Positions 46,907 through 56,993 of a DNA stretch of 64,000 nt are shown here, in pieces; within the stretch, counting starts at the first letter, position 1, and each line of letters opens with the position of its first letter. The stretch lies in contig DASRIS010000186.1 of the NCBI GenBank assembly GCA_035649895.1, positions 94 through 64,093 on the forward strand. Direction: 5' to 3'. A program made the position numbers and the translations under genes. Source of the stretch: Micromonosporaceae bacterium. GTDB lineage: Bacteria; Actinomycetota; Actinomycetes; Mycobacteriales; Micromonosporaceae. The notes under the pieces were generated by a model. That model saw only the letters and a list, made by a program, of their open reading frames with translations, ran no database searches and had not been told where the DNA came from.

Positions 46907-48127
46907 GTGGCCAGCAGGCACTTGGCTATGCTGTCCGGCGTGCAAGCGTCGACCGGCCGCCCGCCGCGCATCGGCATGGTGGTGATCAGCCAGTACGAGT
47001 CCGACCCGAGGGTGCGCCGGCAGGCCGAGGCGCTGGCCGGGCGCGGCGACGAGGTGACCGTGGTGGCCCTGCACGCGCAGGACCGCCCCGAGGTGGACAC
47101 CGTCGACGGGGTGCGGGTGGTGCACCTGCCGGTGCGCAAGTACCGCGGCGACTCCACAAAGGAGTACCTGTCGCTCTACGGCGGCTTCACGGCCCGGGCC
47201 ACCGCCTGGCTGAGCCGCCGCCCGCGGGCCTTCGACCTGGTGCAGGCGCACTCGATGCCGGAGGCGCTGGCGTTCTCCGCGCTCGTGCCGCGCCTAGCCG
47301 GGGTGCCGGTGCTGCTCGACGTGCACGACCTGACCTCGCAGCTGTTCGCCTCGAAGTTCGCCCACCGCCGGGGCCTGATGGCCGGGGTACGGGCCAGCGA
47401 ACGCGCCGCGCTGCGCTTCGCCACCGAGGTGCTCACCGTGCATGAGCCGTACGCGAGGATGCTGCGGCAGTGGACCCACCGGCCGGTGACCACGGTGATG
47501 AACTGCCCCGACGAGCGGGTCTTCCCGCCGCCCCGGTGGCGCGGCTGGGACCCGGCCGGTGAGGTGCGCTTCAGCTACCACGGGCTGGTCGCGCCGCGGC
47601 ACGGGCTGGTCGCCGCGGTGGAGGCCCTGGCCGAGGTGCGCCGGGAGCTGCCCGGCGCCCGCTTCCAGGTGCGCGGCGCGGGCGACGGGGTGGCGGAGCT
47701 GGCGGCCCGGGTCGCCGCGCTGGGCCTCACCGGAGCCGTCGACCTGCCCACCTCGCTGCTGGACCTGCCGCAGATCGTGGCCGAGATCGACCGGGTGCAC
47801 ATCGGGCTGGTGCCGAGCCAGCGCGACCCCTGGACCGACGAGGTGCTGCCCACCAAGCTGCTGGAGTACGCGGCCATGGGCATCCCGGTCATCACGTTCC
47901 GCAACCCGGTCATCGAGCAGTACTTCCCGCCCGACTCGGTCACCTACGTCGACCCGGCCAACGCTGAGACGCTGCGGGAGGCCATGCTCGCCCTGGCCCG
48001 TGACCCGGAGCAGGCGCGCAAGCAGGCCGAGCGGGCCGGCGAGGTGATGCGCACGCTGAGCTGGCGGAACCAGCGGGAGATCTACTTCGGGGTGGTCGAC
48101 CGCCTGGTGGCCGGCCGGCGTGGCTGA
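46907..48127 (+). CDS. Glycosyltransferase family 4
   Basis: RIGMVVISQYESDPRVRRQAEALAGRGDEV N-domain. C-domain has the EX7E-like region PTKLLEYAAMGIPVIT. Confidence 0.8.
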   Translation: MASRHLAMLSGVQASTGRPPRIGMVVISQYESDPRVRRQAEALAGRGDEVTVVALHAQDRPEVDTVDGVRVVHLPVRKYRGDSTKEYLSLYGGFTARATAWLSRRPRAFDLVQAHSMPEALAFSALVPRLAGVPVLLDVHDLTSQLFASKFAHRRGLMAGVRASERAALRFATEVLTVHEPYARMLRQWTHRPVTTVMNCPDERVFPPPRWRGWDPAGEVRFSYHGLVAPRHGLVAAVEALAEVRRELPGARFQVRGAGDGVAELAARVAALGLTGAVDLPTSLLDLPQIVAEIDRVHIGLVPSQRDPWTDEVLPTKLLEYAAMGIPVITFRNPVIEQYFPPDSVTYVDPANAETLREAMLALARDPEQARKQAERAGEVMRTLSWRNQREIYFGVVDRLVAGRRG

Positions 48128-49811
48128 AACGGTCGCCATGGCAGAGGCTGGCGACGTGGCTGGACGGGGTGGCGGGGCCGCGCCCCCCGACGCGGCGGGG
48201 CCCGGCGGGGCCGGGCGCCCCAGTGCGGCGGGGCCCGGCGGGGCCGGGCCCCCCGACGCGACAGGGCCGGGTGGCGGGGGCAGGCGCCCCGGCGTGGTAC
48301 GGGCCGGCCTGCTGTCGATGGTCGCGCTGGTCGCGCTCGGGGCGACCAGGCTGGTGCACGGCTCCCTGGTCAGCCGGGCCACCGACACCGAGACGTACGG
48401 CCTCGTCGGCTCGCTCATCGCGCTCACCACGATCGCCAGCCTGCTGCTGCCGGCCGGGGTCGCCAGCGCCGCGTCCCGGTTCATCCCGTTCGCCCAGGGC
48501 CAGGGGGAGCCGGCGCAGGCCCGTGGCGTACACCGGTTCCTCAGCCGCATCGGCCTGCCCGGCGCGCTCGCCCTGGGCCTGGGCGCCGGGCTCGGGGCGG
48601 CGCTGGCCTTCCCGCTCGACGCCGGCCAGGTCGCCGAGGTGGTCGCGCTCGCGGTGGCATTCTCCGTCTACAGCGTCGACAAGGCCACCCTGTACGGCTT
48701 CGGCCGGGTCGGCCCGTACGTCCGGCTGGAGCTGGCCTCCTCGGCGCTGATCCTGCTCGCCACGGGCGTGGTGCTGGCCACCGGCGCCGGCACCTACCTG
48801 CTGCCGCTGGCGCTGGGGTACGCCGCCTTCGCCCTGGGCGCCCGCTGGGTGCTGCGGGCGGACCTGCGCGGTGACCGGGCACCGGCCCGGTCGCTGGACC
48901 GGCGGGAGGTGCTCCGCTACGTGGCCCTGGCCTGCGTGGGCACGCTGGCCAGCCAGGGCTTCCTGCAAGGCACCCAGCTGCTGGCCAACGCGTTCGCCGC
49001 GCCGGCCGAGGTGGGCTACTTCGCCGCGGCGGTGACCCTGGTCGCGCCGATGTACTTCCTCCCGCGCGCGCTCGGCCTGGCCCTGTTCCCGGCGATGTCG
49101 CGGGCGCACGGCGCGGGCGACGTCGCCGAGGTGCGCCGCCAGGCGGACGTGTCCACCCGGGCCCTGCTGCTGGTGCTGGCCCCGTTCTTCGCGGCGGGCA
49201 TCCTGCTCGCCCGGGAGGCGCTCACCCTCTTCGGTAGCGCCCGCTACGCCCCTGGCGCACCGGTGCTGCAGCTCATGCTGGCCGCCACGTTCTGCGCAGT
49301 GGTCGCCGTCGCCGCGGTGAACAGCTTGTCCAGCGGGCGGCACGTGCACGTGCCGGTGTCCTCCGCGGTGGCCGGCTGCCTGACCGGGCTGGCCACGGTC
49401 GCGCTGGTCGGGCGCCCGCTGGGCGCCGCAGGGGTGGGCCTGGGCTACCTCGCCGGCACTACGGTGACCGCGGGTGGTCCGGTCACCGTCGCCTGGCGGC
49501 TGTACCGCATGCGGTGGCGGGGACCGGTGCTGCGGGCCCTCGGCTGCGTCCTGGCGGCGCTCGTCGCGGGCGCCGTGCTGGCCCGCCTGGACCTGACCGC
49601 CACCGCGCGGACCTGGCTCGACGTGGCGGCGGCGCTGGTCGCCGCGGGGGCCGGCGGGGCGCTGGCCGGCGGGCCGCTGCGCGCGGTGCTGCGCGACGCC
49701 CGCCGCCCCGGCGGGAACCCGGCAGCGCAGCCGGCACCAGCAGCGCCGGCAGCGGCAGCGGAGCCAGCCGGCGCCGCCGCACGCCGTACGGAGAAGAACG
49801 TCACTGAATGA
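48120..49811 (+). CDS. Polysaccharide flippase-like multi-TM protein (MOP/Wzx-like)
   Basis: About 12-14 hydrophobic segments after a Pro/Gly/Ala-rich N-terminal repeat. Located in the glycan cluster. The start overlaps the GT4 stop. Confidence 0.65.
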   Translation: MAETVAMAEAGDVAGRGGGAAPPDAAGPGGAGRPSAAGPGGAGPPDATGPGGGGRRPGVVRAGLLSMVALVALGATRLVHGSLVSRATDTETYGLVGSLIALTTIASLLLPAGVASAASRFIPFAQGQGEPAQARGVHRFLSRIGLPGALALGLGAGLGAALAFPLDAGQVAEVVALAVAFSVYSVDKATLYGFGRVGPYVRLELASSALILLATGVVLATGAGTYLLPLALGYAAFALGARWVLRADLRGDRAPARSLDRREVLRYVALACVGTLASQGFLQGTQLLANAFAAPAEVGYFAAAVTLVAPMYFLPRALGLALFPAMSRAHGAGDVAEVRRQADVSTRALLLVLAPFFAAGILLAREALTLFGSARYAPGAPVLQLMLAATFCAVVAVAAVNSLSSGRHVHVPVSSAVAGCLTGLATVALVGRPLGAAGVGLGYLAGTTVTAGGPVTVAWRLYRMRWRGPVLRALGCVLAALVAGAVLARLDLTATARTWLDVAAALVAAGAGGALAGGPLRAVLRDARRPGGNPAAQPAPAAPAAAAEPAGAAARRTEKNVTE

Positions 49812-49957
49812 AACGGTCTGCGTAATGCGGTGCTTTTGGTCCCTTGCCGGGGCGGTGGTAGGTTTCGGTACGCCGCTGCCGGGCAATGCGAGCCAGCGGA
49901 TGGGTCGGAGCGGGCCGTCCACGACGCCGTGTGCTTTCGTCCATCGAGGAGAAACCG

Positions 49958-51676
49958 ATGTCGTCTGATCAGCTGGCCGTGGCGCGCGCCCCCCAGGCTG
50001 GCCGCGAAGGCCGTGGCGGCGGGGTCTCCGCGCTGCTCGGCACCGTCATTCTCGGGCTGGTCGGCGTGCTGCTGGTCGAGGTCCTCTTCGAGGCGTGGGT
50101 CCAGCACCTGCAAGGCTCGTTCACGTACGGTCCGGACGACCGGCGGGTCATCACGCTGCCCGACTGGCCCAAGAACCTCAAGAACGGGCTCTACCTCACG
50201 CTGCTCGCGCTCACCGTGGTGAAGGTGGCGGTGGACCGGTCCTGGCGGCGGTTCCTCACCGCGGCCGACATCGCGATCGCCGTACTCGGCGTGCTGATGG
50301 TCGTCGCCGGCGTGCTCGGGGGGTCGCGCGCGACGCTGGTCGGCGAGGCGCTGTTCGTCTACTTCCGCGGCGTCATCGTCTTCTACGCCTGGCGTGCGGT
50401 GAGCCCGCAGTGGCGGCGGGTCCGGCCCCTGCTGTGGGTGCTCGGGGTCGTCCTGGTGCTCAACTCCTTGATGGCGCTCGTCCAGATGGTCGTCGGCCCG
50501 CCGGCCTACGAGGAGATCGGCTGGCTGGAGATGACCTGGTCGGCGATCTACCGGGCGCACGGCTTCGTGGACCACCCCAACCACCTCGGGCACCTGCTGG
50601 GCGTCGCGATGCTGGGCCTGCTGGCCTGGTCCGTGGCCCGTCCCGGCCTGCCCCGCAAGTGGTGGTGGCTGTTCGGGCTCTTCGCGGTGGCGCTGTCGGC
50701 GACCCAGTCCCGCGAGGCGACCCTCGGCTTCCTCGCCGGCGCGGTGCTCATCGGGCTGCTGCGCCGCGGCCGGTGGCGTCCGGTGGTGGCGACCATCGTG
50801 GTGGTCTCGCTGCTGACCGCCGGGCAGCTCGCGCTGCGCCCGAAGAACCGCGCCGAGCTCCAGCGCCGGCTGGCGGGCGTGTTCAGCGCGTTCGAGGTGC
50901 CCAGCGGCGAGGAGGGCGAGGACTACTGCGTCGAAGGCACCGTGACCGACACCGAGGACTGCACCAACCGCATCCCGCAGCGCGAGATCCGCGCGCTCTA
51001 CGCGCAGCAGGGCATCCGCATCCTGGGCGGCAGCCCGCTGCTGGGCTTCGGGGTGGGCCAGTTCGGCGGCATCGTGGCCGAGAAGGACGACCCGAACTGG
51101 AACATGGACCCGAGGTTCGGGCCGGGCGGCTTTGACATGCACGGCTCGACCCAGAAGCAGGTCGACTCGTTCTGGCTGCACCTGATGGTCGAGGTTGGCC
51201 TGCTCGGGCTGATGGCGTACCTGGTCTGGCTGTTCCTGCTCGTGCTGCCGATACTGCGGCGGCTGCCGATGCGCAACCTGCTGGTGGGGCGTGGCCCGCC
51301 GGCCGCCCCGGGGGCGCAGGTGCACCCGGTGGCGTACTGGGCTCCCGCGACGCTCTTCTTCGCCGTGCTGGTAGCGTTCCTGTCGCCGGCGCTGGAGGAC
51401 CCGCTCTTCCCGCCGCTGCTGTTCACGGTGCTCGGGCTCGCGTGGGTGCTGCTCAACCGCGGGGAGCTGGTCTCGCCGGGCCCGGCGCCCGACCCGGACC
51501 AGACCGGCTCGGGCCGGGCCGACCTGGGCCAGGTGGGCGCTCCTGAGACGCAGCGTCCGCTGCCCGACGAGCCGGCCCGGCCGGCAGGCGATGCGGTCCG
51601 GCTGGCCGGGCGCCCGCCAGGCGGGAGCGACCTCGGCAGTGACCTGACGAGCGCCCACCGGGCGCGAGGGGAGTAA
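49958..51676 (+). CDS. O-antigen ligase/polymerase family (Wzy_C-domain) membrane protein
   Basis: GAGGAG SD plus ATG 49958. SATQSREATLGFLAG loop and HGSTQKQVDSFWLHLMVEVGLLGL (H..N/S..L..xExGxxG-type motif). Confidence 0.75.
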   Translation: MSSDQLAVARAPQAGREGRGGGVSALLGTVILGLVGVLLVEVLFEAWVQHLQGSFTYGPDDRRVITLPDWPKNLKNGLYLTLLALTVVKVAVDRSWRRFLTAADIAIAVLGVLMVVAGVLGGSRATLVGEALFVYFRGVIVFYAWRAVSPQWRRVRPLLWVLGVVLVLNSLMALVQMVVGPPAYEEIGWLEMTWSAIYRAHGFVDHPNHLGHLLGVAMLGLLAWSVARPGLPRKWWWLFGLFAVALSATQSREATLGFLAGAVLIGLLRRGRWRPVVATIVVVSLLTAGQLALRPKNRAELQRRLAGVFSAFEVPSGEEGEDYCVEGTVTDTEDCTNRIPQREIRALYAQQGIRILGGSPLLGFGVGQFGGIVAEKDDPNWNMDPRFGPGGFDMHGSTQKQVDSFWLHLMVEVGLLGLMAYLVWLFLLVLPILRRLPMRNLLVGRGPPAAPGAQVHPVAYWAPATLFFAVLVAFLSPALEDPLFPPLLFTVLGLAWVLLNRGELVSPGPAPDPDQTGSGRADLGQVGAPETQRPLPDEPARPAGDAVRLAGRPPGGSDLGSDLTSAHRARGE

Positions 51677-51680
51677 AGCG

Positions 51681-52718
51681 GTGTCGGACGCGGTCGCCCT
51701 GGTCGGCTTCGGGTACTGGGGCCCCAACCTGGCGCGCAACCTGCAGACCCTGGCCGGTGCGCGCTGGCGGTACCTGGTCGACGCGTCGGCCGAGCGCCGC
51801 GCGCGGGCCAGCATGCTCTACCCGCAGGTGCGGGTCGTCGGCGACCTGGCGGAGGTGCTCGCCGACGAGGAGGTCGGCGCGGTGGTGGTCGCCACCCCGG
51901 CGGCCAGCCACGCCCCGCTCGCCCGCCGCCTGCTCGAGGCGGGCCGGCACGTGCTGGTGGAGAAGCCGCTCGCGTTGTCTACTGTGGACGCCGTCGGCCT
52001 GGCCCGGCTGGCGGACGAGCGCAGGCGCACGCTGATGGTCGGGCACACCTTCGAGTACGTGCCCGCGGTGCTGACGATGAAGCAGCTCATCGAGGCCGGC
52101 GAGATCGGCGACGTGCTCTACCTGCACTCGCAGCGACTCAACCTGGGACGCATCCAGAGCGACATCAACGCCTTCTGGTCCATCGGGCCGCACGACGTGT
52201 CCATCGCCAACTTCCTCGTCGGCGCCGGCCCGCAGTGGGTCTCCGCCCACGGCGCCCGCTACCTGCACGAGGCTGTGGAGGACGTGACGTTCGTGACCGC
52301 CGGCTACCCGGGCGGCGTACTGGCCCACATGCACGTCAGCTGGCTCGACCCGAGCAAGACCCGGCGGACCACGGTGGTGGGCAGCCGCAAGATGCTCGTC
52401 TACGACGACATGGACACCGACGGCAGGCTGAAGGTGTTCGACAAGGGCGCGGACCGGCTGGACCCGGACGCGTACGGCGCCTGGCAGTACCGGCTGCGCG
52501 ACGGTGCGATGTACGTGCCGCGGCTGGAGATGGCCGAGCCGCTCGCCGAGGAGCTGCGCCACTTCCTGGAGTGCGTGGACACGGGCCGCCGGCCCCGCAG
52601 CGACGGCTGGAACGGCGCCCAGGTCGTCGCCGTGCTGGAGGCGGTCGACGAGTCGCTGCGCGGCAAGGGGGCGCAGGTGGCGGTGCCGGAGGTACGTGTG
52701 CCCGAGGTACAACAGTGA
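51681..52718 (+). CDS. Gfo/Idh/MocA NAD-dependent sugar oxidoreductase (WbpB/WlbA-like)
   Basis: VALVGFGYWGPNLARNL Rossmann motif, HVLVEKPLA, MVGHTFEY. Confidence 0.85.
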   Translation: MSDAVALVGFGYWGPNLARNLQTLAGARWRYLVDASAERRARASMLYPQVRVVGDLAEVLADEEVGAVVVATPAASHAPLARRLLEAGRHVLVEKPLALSTVDAVGLARLADERRRTLMVGHTFEYVPAVLTMKQLIEAGEIGDVLYLHSQRLNLGRIQSDINAFWSIGPHDVSIANFLVGAGPQWVSAHGARYLHEAVEDVTFVTAGYPGGVLAHMHVSWLDPSKTRRTTVVGSRKMLVYDDMDTDGRLKVFDKGADRLDPDAYGAWQYRLRDGAMYVPRLEMAEPLAEELRHFLECVDTGRRPRSDGWNGAQVVAVLEAVDESLRGKGAQVAVPEVRVPEVQQ

Positions 52719-53425
52719 CCGAGGTCGGCCTGGACGTGCAGGTCAGCCCGCTGTCGGTGGTGGCGGCGGGAGTGCGGCTCGGAGCCGGCTCGGTCGTCGA
52801 GGAGCTGTGCCTCGTCGGCCGGCACGGCCCAGCCGCGCCCGTACCGCCCGGCGGCGACGCGGGGGCGGACGGCGCTCCGCACACCGTCATCGGCGAGCGC
52901 GCCACGATCCGCAGCCACACCGTCATCTACGCCGGCAACCGCATCGGCGCCCGGTTCCAGACCGGCCACCACGTCCTGCTGCGCGAGGCGAACACGATCG
53001 GCGACAACGTCTCGGTCGGCTCGCTGAGCGTCGTCGAGCACCACGTGACCATCGCCGACCGGGTACGCATCCACTCCCAGTGCTTCATCCCGGAGTTCTC
53101 CGTGCTGGAGGAGGAGGCCTGGATCGGCCCCCGGGTGACGCTGACCAACGCGCCGTTCCCGCAGTGCCCGGACGTGTCCAGCTGCATGCGCGGCGTGCAC
53201 ATCGGCCGGGCCGCCCGGATCGGCGCCAACGCCACCCTGCTGCCCGGGGTACGCATCGGCGAGCGGGCGCTCATCGGCGCCGGCGCGGTGGTGACCCGCG
53301 ACGTCGCACCGGGCGCCGTGGTGGCCGGACCGGCCGCGCGCCAAGTCAAGACTATCGATGACCTACTGTGCCCGGTGGGGCTGGACCACCGTCCGTACCC
53401 GCCGCTGACCCCTACCCCGGAGTAG
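52715..53425 (+). CDS. Left-handed beta-helix (hexapeptide) N-acetyltransferase (WbpD/WlbB-like)
   Basis: Repeated [LIV]G-x4 hexapeptide units (IGARFQTG, IGDNVSVG, IADRVRIH, IGPRVTLT, IGANATLL, IGERALIG). GTGA overlap with the upstream stop. Confidence 0.8.
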   Translation: MTEVGLDVQVSPLSVVAAGVRLGAGSVVEELCLVGRHGPAAPVPPGGDAGADGAPHTVIGERATIRSHTVIYAGNRIGARFQTGHHVLLREANTIGDNVSVGSLSVVEHHVTIADRVRIHSQCFIPEFSVLEEEAWIGPRVTLTNAPFPQCPDVSSCMRGVHIGRAARIGANATLLPGVRIGERALIGAGAVVTRDVAPGAVVAGPAARQVKTIDDLLCPVGLDHRPYPPLTPTPE

Positions 53426-53428
53426 AAC

Positions 53429-54556
53429 ATGGCGAAGATCCCGCTCGTCGACGTCAAGGCCAGCTACGAGCGCCACCGGGGCGCGATCGACGCGGCCATC
53501 CGCGAGGTGCTCGAGACCACGGCGTTCATCCAGGGCCCGGCGCTGCGGGAGTTCGAGGAGGCGTTCGCGCGGTTCTGCGGCGCCCGGCACGCAATCGGCG
53601 TCGGCTCCGGCACCGCAGCGCTGCACCTGGTCCTGCACGCGCTCGGGGTCGGTCCGGGCGACGTGGTCGCGGTGCCCTCGCACACGTTCATCGCCACCGT
53701 CGAGCCGGTCACCTGGCTCGGTGCGACACCCCGGTTCATCGAGGTCGACCCGGACACCGGCGCGATGGACCCGGCCGCGCTGCGCGCCGGCATCGACGGG
53801 GTGAAGGTCGTCATGCCGGTGCACATCCACGGCCGCCCCGCCGACCTGGCCGGGATCTGCGCGGTCGCCGCCGACGCCGGCGTGCCGGTGGTCGAGGACG
53901 CGGCCCAGGCCCAGGGCGCCGAGCTGGTCAACCCCGACGGCACGGTGGTGCGCGCCGGGTCGTACACGCTGGTGGGTTGCTTCTCCTTCTATCCGGGCAA
54001 GAACCTGGGCGCCTTCGGCGACGCGGGCGCGGTCACCACCAACGACGACGACCTGGCCGGGCGGGTACGGATGCTGCGCGACCACGGCCGGACCACCAAG
54101 TACGAGCACGTCATGGTCGGCTACGCGCACCGCATGGACACCCTCCAGGCGGCCGTACTCAGCGCGAAGCTGCCCAGCCTCGACGCCGACAACGCCCGCC
54201 GCCGCGAGATCGCCGCCGGCTACACGGCCCGGCTGTCCGGCGTGGGGGACCTGCGGCTGCTCGCCGACCCGGCCGAGCGGGTCAGCATCTACCACCACTA
54301 CGTGGTGCGCACCGCCCACCGAGACGCGCTGCTCAAGCACCTGCAGGCCAACGGGGTCGGCGCCGGCGTGCACTACCCGATCCCGGTGCACCTGCAGCCG
54401 GCGTACGCGTCCCTCGGCCACCAGCGCGGCGACCTGCCGGCCACCGAGGCGTTCGCCGACGAGTGCCTGTCCCTGCCGATCTACGCCGAGCTCACCGACG
54501 AGCAGATGGAGCGGGTGGCGGCAGAGGTCACCGCATACTTCTCCCAGGCGGCATGA
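53429..54556 (+). CDS. DegT/DnrJ/EryC1-family PLP-dependent sugar aminotransferase (WbpE/WlbC-like)
   Basis: FEEAFARFCGARHAIGVGSGTAALHL and SFYPGKNLGAFGDAGAV (PLP-Lys context). Confidence 0.9.
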   Translation: MAKIPLVDVKASYERHRGAIDAAIREVLETTAFIQGPALREFEEAFARFCGARHAIGVGSGTAALHLVLHALGVGPGDVVAVPSHTFIATVEPVTWLGATPRFIEVDPDTGAMDPAALRAGIDGVKVVMPVHIHGRPADLAGICAVAADAGVPVVEDAAQAQGAELVNPDGTVVRAGSYTLVGCFSFYPGKNLGAFGDAGAVTTNDDDLAGRVRMLRDHGRTTKYEHVMVGYAHRMDTLQAAVLSAKLPSLDADNARRREIAAGYTARLSGVGDLRLLADPAERVSIYHHYVVRTAHRDALLKHLQANGVGAGVHYPIPVHLQPAYASLGHQRGDLPATEAFADECLSLPIYAELTDEQMERVAAEVTAYFSQAA

Positions 54557-55560
54557 GCGAGCGCCCGTTGCGGGTGCTCGCGGTCACCAACCTGTGGCCC
54601 GAGCGGGGCAGCTTCCGCGGCGTGTTCGTCAAGGAGCAGGTGGAGGCGGTACGCGACCTCGGCCACCAGGTCGAGGTCGAGGTCGTCGCCCAGTCGCGGG
54701 GCACGGCCGACTACCTGCTCGCCGCGCCGCGGGTCTGCCACCGGGTACGCACCGGCGGCTACGACCTGGTCCACGTCCACTATGGGCTGACCGCGCTCGC
54801 CGCCCGGTTCGCCTTCGGCGTGCCGAAGGTGCTCTCGCTCTACGGCAGCGACGTCAACGTGGGCTGGCAGCGCCTGGCCACGAGCCTCGGCAAGGGCGGG
54901 GTCGCCGCGCGCGTCTACCCGTCCCGCCGGCTCGCCGAGGCCGCCGGCGACCCGGCCGGCTATGTGGTGCCCAACGGCGTGGACTTCGGGGTGTTCGCCC
55001 CGGTGGACCGGGCCGCGGCGCGGGCGGCGCTGGGCATCGGCGCCGACGACCGGGTGGTGCTCTTCGGCGCGGCGCCGGACAACCCGGTGAAGGGCTACGA
55101 CGTCTTCACCGACGTGCTGGCGGAGGTCCGCCGCCGCGGCGTCGACGCGCGCGAGCTGGTGCTCGCCCAGCCGGGCCAGACCCGCGCCGAGGTGGCCCGG
55201 CGCTTCGCCGCCGCTGACGTGCTGCTCGTGACGTCCCGCCAGGGCACCGAGAGCGGCCCCCTGGTGGTGAAGGAGGCCGCGGTGATGGGGCTTCCGGTGG
55301 TCAGTGTGGACGTTGGGGACGTGCCCGAGATCCTCGCGGAGGTCACGCCGTCGGTGGTGGTGGGCTTCCCGGAGCCGTGGGGCACGCCCGGCGCCCGGGC
55401 TGAGCTGGTCCGCCAGCTGGCCGACGCGACGGCCGGCCTGCTCGCGGCGCCGACGCGGTCCGACGGGCGGGAGCGGTGCGGCTTCCTGGACGCGCGGGCG
55501 GTGGCCCGGCAGCTGGTAGACGTCTACCTCGAGGTGCTCAAGCTGATGCGCCCCGCGTAA
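54553..55560 (+). CDS. Glycosyltransferase family 4
   Basis: RVLAVTNLWPERGSFRGVFVKEQVEA. C-terminal SRQGTESGPLVVKEAAVMGLPVVS (EX7E-like). ATGA overlap. Confidence 0.8.
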   Translation: MSERPLRVLAVTNLWPERGSFRGVFVKEQVEAVRDLGHQVEVEVVAQSRGTADYLLAAPRVCHRVRTGGYDLVHVHYGLTALAARFAFGVPKVLSLYGSDVNVGWQRLATSLGKGGVAARVYPSRRLAEAAGDPAGYVVPNGVDFGVFAPVDRAAARAALGIGADDRVVLFGAAPDNPVKGYDVFTDVLAEVRRRGVDARELVLAQPGQTRAEVARRFAAADVLLVTSRQGTESGPLVVKEAAVMGLPVVSVDVGDVPEILAEVTPSVVVGFPEPWGTPGARAELVRQLADATAGLLAAPTRSDGRERCGFLDARAVARQLVDVYLEVLKLMRPA

Positions 55561-55637
55561 CAGGCAGACCGTCGGGTGGGCTGTCAGCCGTGCGCAGCTG
55601 ACCGCCGCCGTACGCGGGGTCTTCAAGAGCGATCGAC

Positions 55638-55700
55638 TGATCATTGGACGCCTACCGAGAAAACCTTGGGCGTGTATTCACGGTGGGTGTCCAATGATCA
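55638..55700. repeat. Perfect 12-bp inverted repeat with a 39-nt spacer in a lower-GC convergent intergenic region
   Basis: TGATCATTGGAC (55638-55649) ... GTCCAATGATCA (55689-55700). A nested ACGCC/GGCGT pairing lies inside. Confidence 0.6.
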
Positions 55701-55761
55701 CGGCCACCGGTTCCAAGGGCGTCTGGACCGACCGCGAAACTGCGGTGTGAGCCCGCTGGGC

Positions 55762-56991
55762 TTACGGGGAGTATGGCCAGATGAGGGCCAGGTAGCCGCC
55801 GAACCAGGCGGACGCGACAGCGAGCAGGCCGATGACGGCGACCAGGTTACGCACCCGCATCCGGCCGGCCGCCAGCGCGACCGGCAGCAACAGCGTGAAC
55901 GCGGGCATCATGTGCCGCGGGTTGGTGTGGTAGTAGCCGGTGCCGCCGGCGGTGGTGACGACGATGACCACCGAGTAGAGCAGCAGCGGCCACGGCTGGC
56001 GGTCCAGCACGCCGAGCACGAGCAGCACCGCGACGACCGCGAGCACCAGCGTCACGACGTACGGCGCGGCCATCACGTCGCCGCTGGTCAGCACGGCGTT
56101 CATGGTGTTGACGGTGTAACGGCCACCGTCGAACGAGGACCCCCAGATCTCGCCCTGCACGTAGAACCACCCGTCGGCGCGGCCCAGCCGGTAGCCGACC
56201 CAGGCCAGGAACCCCAGCCAGCCCAGCGGTGCTATCGCGGCGCCCACCCAGGGCCGCCAGCCGTCCTGCCGGCGCCAGATCGCGATGAGCGCGGCGAGCC
56301 CGACCGCGACGATGAGCGCCACCGCGTTCGGGCGGGTCAGCCCGGCCAGCACGCACAGGCCGCCAGCGGTGAGCCAGCGCCGGGTGAGCATCGCGTAGAG
56401 GGTCCAGGACGCGATGGCGGTGAACAGCGCCTCGGTGTACCCCATCGACTGGACCACGGCGTGCGGCACGGCGCCCCACAGCAGCGCCAGCGCGATGCCG
56501 GCGCGGCGGCCGTACAGGTGGTTGCCGACGGCGAAGATGCCCCAGGCGGCCACCAGGCTCGCCAGCCAGGTGATGATGAGGCCGGCGGTGGGCACCGAGA
56601 CCGGCAGCACCGCGGCGACCGAGCGCATCAGCGTCGGGTAGACCGGGAAGAACGCCAGGTTGGTGGTCATCGGCTGGCCGTCCGCCCCGATCGGGATGGA
56701 CTCGTGGTAGCCGTTCTCGGCGATGCCGATGTACCACGACGCGTCGTACCGCTCGCCGAGCAGCCACCACACGTCCTGGCCGCGCTGGCGGGCCCACAGC
56801 CAGAGGAAGAGGACGCCGGAGAGGCGTAGGGCGGCGTAGCCGAGGATGGCCGGGGCCGCCAGCCGCAGGGAGGCGGCCAGGGCCGGCCCCCAGCGCCTGG
56901 GACCGGAGCCGTCGTCTGCCGGGCCCGGCTCCTGCGGCGGTGGTGCGGGGCTGGTCTGGTCCGAGTCCGTGGCCAGGGTGGACACCGTCAT
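55762..56991 (-). CDS. Polytopic membrane glycosyltransferase (GT-C fold, PIG-V/PMT-like mannosyltransferase; tentative)
   Basis: YDASWYIGIAENGY and LAFFPVYPTLM motifs, followed by more than 8 TM segments. Confidence 0.6.
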   Translation of the reverse strand: MTVSTLATDSDQTSPAPPPQEPGPADDGSGPRRWGPALAASLRLAAPAILGYAALRLSGVLFLWLWARQRGQDVWWLLGERYDASWYIGIAENGYHESIPIGADGQPMTTNLAFFPVYPTLMRSVAAVLPVSVPTAGLIITWLASLVAAWGIFAVGNHLYGRRAGIALALLWGAVPHAVVQSMGYTEALFTAIASWTLYAMLTRRWLTAGGLCVLAGLTRPNAVALIVAVGLAALIAIWRRQDGWRPWVGAAIAPLGWLGFLAWVGYRLGRADGWFYVQGEIWGSSFDGGRYTVNTMNAVLTSGDVMAAPYVVTLVLAVVAVLLVLGVLDRQPWPLLLYSVVIVVTTAGGTGYYHTNPRHMMPAFTLLLPVALAAGRMRVRNLVAVIGLLAVASAWFGGYLALIWPYSP

Positions 56992-56993
56992 CG

